From Vitrella brassicaformis CCMP3155 (lineage: Eukaryota; Protista; Chromerida), in contig CDMY01000366.1 in the NCBI GenBank assembly GCA_001179505.1, positions 310,001 through 374,000 on the forward strand: DNA of 64,000 nucleotides, read 5' to 3'. The notes beneath the pieces are model-generated. The model was not told the origin of the DNA. It did not search any database and saw only the letters and a program-made list of their open reading frames with translations. Of this stretch, positions 55,629 through 64,000 are shown in pieces; position 1 is the first letter of the stretch; the number at the start of each line of letters is the position of its first letter. The position numbers and the translations under genes were made by a program.

Positions 55629-58320
55629 ATGGGGAGTCGGCTGACAGTGCTCGAGGTCGGTCCGACACCGTACGACCCCCTCGAGGCCCTTTGCGAGGTG
55701 CCGCAGCCACAGGGCACCACCAGCCGCATAGCTGTGCGCCGCGCCGACCTGGTTGAGTTCCCATGTGCCAAGACGTACCCCGAGAAAGACGTGGAAGACG
55801 AGTACTGCCTCATAGACGATTCAAGGTGGGAAAGGGGAGTGCTGGGCGCTGCATGCACCCATTCAACGAGCGACTTCACGGCAGAAGCGGGCATTTCCTG
55901 TCTGCTCTGCTTCCAGGGAGTGTTTGAGCACGACTGCCTCCGGCACCGATAGCGCAGCGGATGCATCCGAGTCGACATCTCGGTAACCGAAGAATGCACA
56001 CATGGCACACGCGAAGCGCCACCCACCGTGTGTGTGCTGGCGTTGTCATTCAGCAACTCTTCATCTCAACAAGGCACCGCAGACGCCGTCACCCTTTCCC
56101 CGCCCCACCCCCTCCCACAACCCAGCGCCCCCCCCTCTGTGGCGCCACACATTTTCCAGAAACGGCTACGGACCAGCAACTCCATGATCCGATTCAGGAC
56201 AATCGACAAGGCCACCGTCTGCATCAAGAAGGACCACTCAGTCACGGGCGGCCATGAGGTCACGGGCGAGGCTCTCATGAGCCACGTGCTGACGGAGCAG
56301 GCCCTCCGCCACCACTACAGGAAGGGGCTGGGATTTGTCGCCGACACAGAGGGTGATAGGATGGCGGGTGGGCTTAACGAGTCGGGTGGGATGAGCGAGG
56401 CCTCGCGTGCCATGCTGCGCCAGCTGAGGAGAGGCAACTACAGCTACCAGGCCCCCTCACGCTTCGGCGGCGTGCCCTTCACGCCCATGCTAGCCCACGG
56501 TGGCGGCGATGCACCACCCTCTCCCAGTGCCGCCCCACAGCTCACACAGCCGCCCTCGTCCGGCTCCCCTCCCGACCCCTCGTATGCGCTGAGGGGCCTG
56601 GCTTCCGATGAGTTTGCCATGGCTGCGGTCAAGTTCATCCCCCCTGGCCCAACCGCAATCTCAGCCCGGCCCAACCTGCCATCGCACCTAAAGGAGACGC
56701 ACGCCCTCCCAATGCAAGGGCAGAACAAGAGCGTGGTCGACGGCGTGATGCGGCGGCGCCTGGGGCTGACGGGCCAGCAGTCGTCGTGGGGCATGGTCTA
56801 TGGGGCGCTAGACCTCTTGGATAAGGGCAAGGAGATGCATGGCGTGACGGTCCTGGGGTGGAAGGGGGATTCAGAGGTGACGAGGCAGCTGAAGAGCGAG
56901 AACGTGCGGGCCGTGGCGGCATCGGCAGTGGGCAGGCGGGGCCTTTTCGTATGGGGTGACGACAACGGGCCCAACGAGCTGATCTCCATCCATGAGGTGG
57001 AGTTCGACACCACCCCAGCCCCCTCCGCATCGCGCAACCCTCCCCCTCCTTCGACCACCCACAAGAGGCGCGTAGCCGTCACCAGTGTCACCCGCATCGA
57101 TCCGACCGGCGACATGGCGGGCACGTTCCGCCATCTGCCGTTCAAGACTGACACGTCCAGTCCCGAGCAGCAGTTTGTGCGTGCCCTGGGGAGGTTGTAT
57201 ACTGGTGGGGCGAGACCGGCACCCAATACCGACCCACGGGCGGTCGAGTATCTGCGGCGGGTTGATATGGGGACGATCCTGCGGCAGGATCTGGGATTCT
57301 TGGGGTACTCTGCAGCAACCGACAACTGGCCAGCGGCCTTGTCGGCCATATCCTTTCTCAGTGGCCGTCCCTTGTTTCATATTGGCTGCGGTGTGCCCGA
57401 GTGGGAGATGGTGGTGGATGTCAACGCTTTGTACCGGCTGCACCAGGCAGGAGGCGCGTCGACAGGTACCTCAAGGCGACACTCGCACACACACCAGCAA
57501 CACACACACCAGCAACACTCAACAAGAGTCATCCACTCCGTGCTCTGCGCGTGTACGTGCAGGTGGGACATTCATGAGCCGTGCACTGGCCTGCCTCGAC
57601 TACAACAAGTGCATGACCCCAGACCGCTTCATCGAGAAGCTGGCGCGATACTTCCGTGTGGAGCCGATGCCCACCAAGCCACCCCCACCCACAGCTGCCC
57701 ATTCCTGTTCGCCATCCCCTCCCCCCAGCGCAGTGCCGGACATCGAGCGGCTCATCGGCGGCCGACAGGACATCATCGAGCCAGCCAAGACGATCCTTTT
57801 CCAGCTCGTGTGCCTCGATCCAGTCGAGAGGGGGGTCAAGGAGGCCGATGCAGTGAGAGGACAAATCGTCCGCCTCTTGCAGGAGAGGACTATCGTGTCG
57901 CGGCCTCTACCAGGGGCGAGTGAGGGGTCGGGGGACGTAGACGACACGCCCTATCGGATTATCCTGCCGCCGTCGCCAGCCGACATGCCGGCCGTCCCCC
58001 CACGCACCACCACTCGTCCCCAGCCGTACGATGGCGGCGGGTGGTGTTGTCTGATGCCGCTGGTGTTGCTGATGGTCGGATTTCTTCTGCTGATGGTCAC
58101 ATCGATGCTCCTGGTCGTCGAGCCGGTCAGCAGGTGCGCGAATAAAACAAGGGAGAGTCTGACGGAGGGACGGAGGGAGGGGGCGACCGCAGCCATATAT
58201 GCTGGCTGGCTGGCACTGTGTGTGTGCAGCAGCGTGACGCCCGTTGGCTTGCCACATGCCTGCATGCCCCCACACAATGGGCTCGGAGATTGTCTACCTC
58301 ACACGACATGGCAGCTGTAA
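55629..58320 (+). CDS. Family copy E: apparently intact tail-anchored protein of unnamed family (exons 55629-55825, 55917-55982, 56054-57465, 57563-~58320)
   Basis: Three GT-AG introns whose phases all match; no stop in the spliced frame. Shares header and body motifs with copies A-D. C-terminal WCC plus hydrophobic helix LMPLVLLMVGFLLLMVTSMLLVV. A further intron near 58133 is possible. Confidence 0.8.
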
Positions 58321-58639
58321 AGACACAACACATGTGAGCACACGCAGAGAGGGGAGGGGGAAGGGGAGGCCGCCATCCAGTGGATCATTCTGCGTGTTGG
58401 TGTGCGTGTGTGGTTTCCCTTTCTCCCTCCCTGGTTCAGGCAGGTGCCTAGCGAGTGACTGAGTGAGAGATCCGTTTCTTTCGGAGGCAGCCCGTCGCAC
58501 ATCCTTATCGCTATACAAGTCCAGTTTTCATCTACGTCTCGCTGGCTGGGATAGCCACGTAATGGGGGAGGGAGGGAGGAAAGAACAGCGAGGTCGAGTC
58601 GACGGAGGAGCCCCTCCCGTCAGTCAGCCGTCGATCGAG

Positions 58640-60860
58640 CTGCGTGCCATGGACGCCCCGCCCACAGCACCCCCGTCACCCAGCCACCACGGCCATCTGC
58701 CAGGGTCAAGGCTTTTCGTCATTCTCTTCCTCTTGCCGTCAGCCACCACAGGTCGCGATAGAAGTGCAGCCCACTCCCCGCCCCCACCCAACGCCAGGCG
58801 CCCCCAGTCACCCACATCCCTCCTGCTCAGCCCCGATTCGCCCTCCCACGCCACGGCCATGGTGACACAGCTCTCCAAGGACGACAGTGGATCGACGAGG
58901 GGCTGAGAGAGCCTGAGGTCAAGGAGACGCTGAGCTGCCGCTGAATCTCGAAGACCCCCACCAAGTGCAGCCGCGTCACAACGGTCAGTCGCTGCTGCTG
59001 CGTACCGCATCATGGCTGGAGCGTCACCCTCGACAAGGAGGCAGGGAGGGAGCTGACGACAAGCCCACCGATGGCTGCCTGGAAGCGCTCGGCGCTCTTA
59101 GAGAGCAGTGGCGTGGAAGGGCAGCCGAACATCGGCGGGCGGGGCTGACTGTCCGTCAGCCCCATCAGTGGCCAAGGCCCTTAAGGCCCCGCATGTCGAC
59201 GCGCGGCCACACGTCGGCTCCCCCCAGCCCGCTGCACCCGTCAGCGCGCACACCACCACACAACTGCAGCAGCAGCGAGTCAGCCTCCCCGAGAGCGAGA
59301 CACTGGCCCCCCCCTGACCAGGCGACCGACATTTACGCATCATCCAGCGGCTGGCATTCCAGCATGAGTCGAGGAGACGCTGAGCTAGCGCCTCCATGAT
59401 GAACAACACCAACACGACAGGCTCCCGCTGCCGAGATTCGACTCGGCACAGCGGCTGATGTTCGCCCGCCAGCACTCAAGACGCGACCTGCCGACCTTTG
59501 ACTAAAGGGGATCGACTAGGGGGCGTCCCGTGGCCACCACGGGCAACCGCCTCTATGACGTGTCTGATCGCAGCCCTTCGTCCATCTCGCAGACCATATC
59601 TCGACGAGTATCGAGGCAGCCCTCACAGCTCGAGGGAGGGGGAGCGATCGAAGGTCGTCGGGCGAGTCGTCCACGTTCGCACAGGCGCTGACACGCACAG
59701 ACGCTGCAGCGGATGCTGACGCGCATCCAGGAGCGGCCGAAGCACATGCAGCGGCGGTCCTGCACATCGGCGGACTCGAGAGCACCATCTCTCTCAACCC
59801 ACTCGACGAGCACCAGCTGCCCGTGCGCTTCACCGGCGCCCTTCATGACGACGAGGTCCAGACTTACAGGTGCAAGACTGTCCTAGGTGACTTCATCCAG
59901 GCTGACAAGATGGTGGGTTTGCGGCTGGAGCAGCTCACCTTCGAGGGCAAGTGCGGCGGCAAGCCCTCTCGACGCGAGCAGGCATCGGGGACCGGCCGTC
60001 TCTCCACAAGACGAGCTGAGGCGCCTGCAAGACAGAGTCGCCACGGCAGGTGCGTCGGCCTCCCCCACCCCCGGCCGCTTGGACTGCCACTGGACGGTCA
60101 GCAATGTGCGTGCAGAGATGGGGTCATCGTCGACGACGCGCATCCTGCTGGCCGTGTGAGAGGGGTGGCCCGACCATCGACGGGAGCCACATGCGCTTCG
60201 GACTGTCTGTGCCCCTGCCGCCCCGCCCGACAAATCACCATCCATCCAGTTCCGACCACTCCCCACCCACCACTAGTGACCCTAACGGACACCCTTGACA
60301 CACGATGGCAGCTTCCTCGCGCCACCTGGGGTGAGCAAAGCAGACGTGCATCCATGCAAACAGACACTCATTGATTGATTGCATCTTGGTGGGTACATGT
60401 GCGCTGCAGCCCGGTGTTGGTCGTGGAGACGTCTCACTCCCCACCCGCTCACCCAGCCGCCCACACCGTCACCAGCACCAACACCAGCGACAGCAGCCAC
60501 CGTCCGACAGCGTCATGGATGGCACGAATGCCAGCTCGTCTGTCTGGGGCTGTCCTACTGTGCGACAGCTGCCGCTGCTTCCTCTATCACCAGTGACACC
60601 CTGCTGCCGACGGAGCCCACACAGCCAAGCCACCCCATCCCCACCCGCAGCGAGGAGCTGTGCCCGACAATGGCGAACCTAGACGGCATCGGGATGGGCG
60701 CTGACGGGGGCGAGGTCAGCCGACAGACCCCCGGGGGCGAGGTCAGCCGACAGACCCCCACATTGTGCCCACCCGTCTCCGCCCAGCGGCGAGGGCTATA
60801 CGGGGACACCATCCACTGTGTGCCAGAGTGAGGGCAACCAGAGCGGGGGCGCACCAGATG
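58640..60860 (+). pseudogene. Possible degenerate lineage-specific coding sequence
   Basis: GC-rich coding-like patches in several frames (e.g. AAVLHIGGLESTISLNPLDEHQLPVRFTGALHDDEVQTYRCKTVLGDF), with no coherent gene model. Strand is uncertain. Confidence 0.25.
60706..60759. repeat. Exact 27-bp tandem duplication GGGGGCGAGGTCAGCCGACAGACCCCC x2
   Basis: Two adjacent identical units. Confidence 0.9.
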
Positions 60861-62653
60861 CGTCTGGCGTGGGCATGGCCGCCGCCGTGTCTTCGAGCGT
60901 CAGGCATCCCGGTGCAGGGAGTGGGCATGGGAGGCGGCAGCGGTGGGCTGGGCCTGCTCGAGGGCAACAACCAGCCCCTCGTGGCAAGTGCAACGTGCGG
61001 CAGGAGCGGCTGCGGGACGTGCAGGCACCGGCGCCCATTGACATGCCCAGCCAGGCCACGACCAACCTAATCGTTTGCCCGTCGAGTTCAGCACTTATTC
61101 CCCGCTGTCACCACAGCTTCTGTGCAGACGGCCAGCAGACACACACACAGAGAGAGAGGCAGACCGAGAGAGAGGGGGAATGCGAGTCTGTGTGTGGGGT
61201 GCCTTTTGTTTTTCCTTTCGAGAGGATGTTTGTCGCGTGACGTGATCCGCTAGGCTGGCTGAATGAATGGCTGGTTGGCTGGCTGGATGGATGGATGTGT
61301 GCCGGTGTGTGTGTCTGTCTGCGTACGTGGAGTGTGATGGGATGGATTGTCGTATCGTATTGATGGGTGTGAGTGTATTTGAGCTTTCGATCCAAGTAAG
61401 TGTGCGTCCGGGGTGAGTGTGCTGTGCTGTGTGTGTCGGGGAGTGGGCGTCTGGGGGTCCTGCAGTGCGATGGGGCCCTCAGCGCATCTCGGTGTGAGCC
61501 CACCTGTGTGTGTCATCGATTCATGTCTGCGTGTCGGGCGCCCCCGTGTTTGGCTGCATCGCACGTCTCATCGCTCGACTGTCTGCCGCCGTCTGCACCT
61601 GTCTCATCGCTCGTGTCTGTCTGAGGGGGCGCCCTGTGTGTGGCTGTGTGTGTGTCACTGATGGGTGTGTGTGTTGTGTGGACTGCATTGTGTGTGGTGG
61701 CGTGCATTTGGCTGGCCTGGCTGAGATGTCATTTGTCTGTTTGTCTGGTTGCTGTGCGCAAGTCACTGTGAGATGGCCCGCCGAGGCGCTCGACGGGCCC
61801 CGCACTCGGGCAGCGCACGCCAACACCCAAATTCTGTGCGATGGATGGATGGATGGACTGTCGTGTCGTCTGTCTGGCCGTGTGTTTGGATTGTCAGTCA
61901 TTTGTCGGCTGTTTCCTTTTTTCTTTGGCCTGTACGGTCGTGTTGTCTGTCTGGCTGGCTGAGGGCGGGCGTGGTTGTGGGTCGTTTCCCCTTCTCTGTC
62001 ACATCTCTGGCTGGACTACTACGGCAACACACAACCGATTTGCTGCCTCCTCGTGTGTGCGTCTGTCTGCACAGCACAAGCTGCCACTCACTGAGACTCA
62101 GCCAAGCAAGCAGTCTGGTCGTCTAATTCAGTACGGTGTGCCTGGCTACCATCAAATAAAACAGGAAGGTTCATACTGATGTGGTGGTGTGAGGCGGGAG
62201 GATGGGTGATGCGGTGGAGGCAAGACGGCGGGGGAATGGAGATCAATGCGTGAGCGAAGGATAGCTAGCTAATGGGGCGGGGCACTGCTGCAGTGCAGTG
62301 CACTTACTGCAGCAGACGGTTGTTATGCGCAAACGATTGATTGCTATGAGGCAGCGTGCGCCAAGCGTACAGTGCCTCTTTTTCAAGCATGTTATCCGTG
62401 TGTGTGTGCGTGTGCACGGTATTGGACATGAAAGACAGTGCTATTTGTGAAGAGATTGCATGTCTGTTACTCCCCCGCACGAAACGTGTGTGTCTGTCGG
62501 TCCTGCAAACCGTAAAACATCGTCACCACACTAACGCTAACCACACTTGTGACCACACAGACACCCACACTATGCACAGACAGAAAGGACCATAGAGACC
62601 CACGCAGACAGACAGACGCCCACTCGCATTCGTTCGGGTCGGTCGCACACGAC

Positions 62654-64000
62654 TCACTGATTGACTGGCTGACTGACTGACTGATCACCAGCTACCTGCA
62701 CTGGCCGGCTGACCATACCGTCTCTCGTCTCTCCTTCCTCCGTCTGTCTGATCCACAACATGACATTGACCAGCGAGAAGAGAATCGCATACGACACGGC
62801 CAGCACTGCCACCCCTTCGGCCGTCATCAGTCGCTCCACCAGCAGCCGCAGCCCCTCCAGGCCACACGCAAACCCGCACAGGTTAGCGGCCATCATCCCA
62901 TACACATTCAGCGCCCCCGCCGCGGCCACGACGCGCCGGCTCCACTTAGCCCTCGCCCCCTTGGTCACAGCCGTGTGCCACAAGCGCCTTGCGAGCAGCT
63001 CGGGCACCAGAATGGCGCACAGCAGTGCGGCCCAGCTGATGAGCTTGAGGCGGATGTCGTGCCACACGGCCACGTAGGCGAAGACCACCCATATGTTGAG
63101 GGCCTTCCATTTGCCGCCCCCCAGTGGCAGATAGATGTACCGGACGAGCCACTGGTTGAAGCTGCGGTGCCATGTGCGCCAAAACTCCTCGGTGCTGCGA
63201 ACACATGAAGACACACGGGAAGATGAGCATGGCGTCACGTCACATGTGGTGTTGATATGTGTGTGTGTACCTGTAGTTGTTGTAGACGCATCTGCCCATG
63301 TTCTCGTGTGTTTCGACCCCATCAGCCATCGCCCACAAGCGAAAGAACCTCCAAATGACCAGAAACTTGAGCCAGATGAAGCCCAGCGTCGTGAAGGCGC
63401 CCACAGCCAGCTGACCCACACCCACATGAGCCCACTGGTGGAACATCCGCTGGTTGGAGATGAGGGCATTGGACCAGTTGACACAGAGGAAGGCATCCAT
63501 CAGCAGCACGCAGGCGACCCACCTGGCGAGATACATGGCGAGATGCCGTCTCGGCGGGTGGGCAGGGCTGGCCATCTGAGAGATGAATGCGTTGTACGTG
63601 AGGATGGGCCCTGCCAGATAAAGAGGCGAATAGACCACATAAGCCAGATAGCCGAGAAGATGGTAATCACTCAGCGGACGGTGGCCCCTCTCTCTCTCAC
63701 GCAACGTCAGCGGAACAGCAGCAGCGCCACCATCAGCACACCAACCATCCCCTGCTGCCTTCCTCTCCTTCAGCTCCACCGCAACCGCCTCCTTGCTACT
63801 CGCCCGAGCCGACCAGAAAGCGTCCATGTTGAAGGATATCATGCGCAGCGACACAATGGGGAAGTGCACGTGCCATCTCGATTCGCCTTTGAGCCCGTCC
63901 AGGAAGCCCAGCCGTGGGTCTAGCCACGCCCACTTGTAGCCGCCGAAGCGATCGTTCAAGAAGAGAAGCCCAATACTCATCGCCCATGTCAGACCGGGCA
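62654..64000 (-). CDS. GUP1: MBOAT family O-acyltransferase, GUP1/HHATL-like (5' truncated)
   Basis: LRMISFNMD, YSPLYLAGPILTYNAF, WLKFLVIWRFFRLWAMADG..ENM.RC, FWRTWHRSFNQWLVRYIYLPLGG, VAVWHD (catalytic His). Confidence 0.92.

Noticed and set aside
61100-62650. Cys/Val-rich ORFs
   Set aside because: Translation artefacts of (GT)n/(GTCT)n/(GATG)n microsatellites.

Overview
Gene-dense, GC-rich, intron-rich eukaryotic DNA with introns full of (GTCT)n/(AC)n/(GATG)n microsatellites. The style and gene content suggest a chromerid alveolate such as Vitrella (inference). In order, the window holds: TIPIN/Swi3-like (5' truncated), a four-domain voltage-gated Ca channel, a TTLL3-type tubulin glycylase, a Tho1/MOS11-like protein, adenylosuccinate synthetase, a small putative secreted protein, a TAF1B/Rrn7-like Pol I factor, a tandem array of degenerate paralogs of an unnamed tail-anchored protein family (with a 300-N gap), a hypothetical gene, MO25, selenoprotein T, a SEC14/CRAL-TRIO protein, PEX6, ZGPAT, a Cys/His-rich protein, an intronless HTTM-like membrane protein, an apparently intact member of the tail-anchored family, and a GUP1-type MBOAT (5' truncated). 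Highlights: (1) a SelT gene hidden behind an in-frame UGA (CQSU), with a well-formed type II SECIS; (2) PEX6 and ZGPAT appear to start from overlapping ATGs in one palindromic GCCATGGC; (3) a modular gene family in which a shared 5' header is joined to divergent bodies; (4) seven compact divergent gene pairs. All family assignments come from motif recognition, not database searches.
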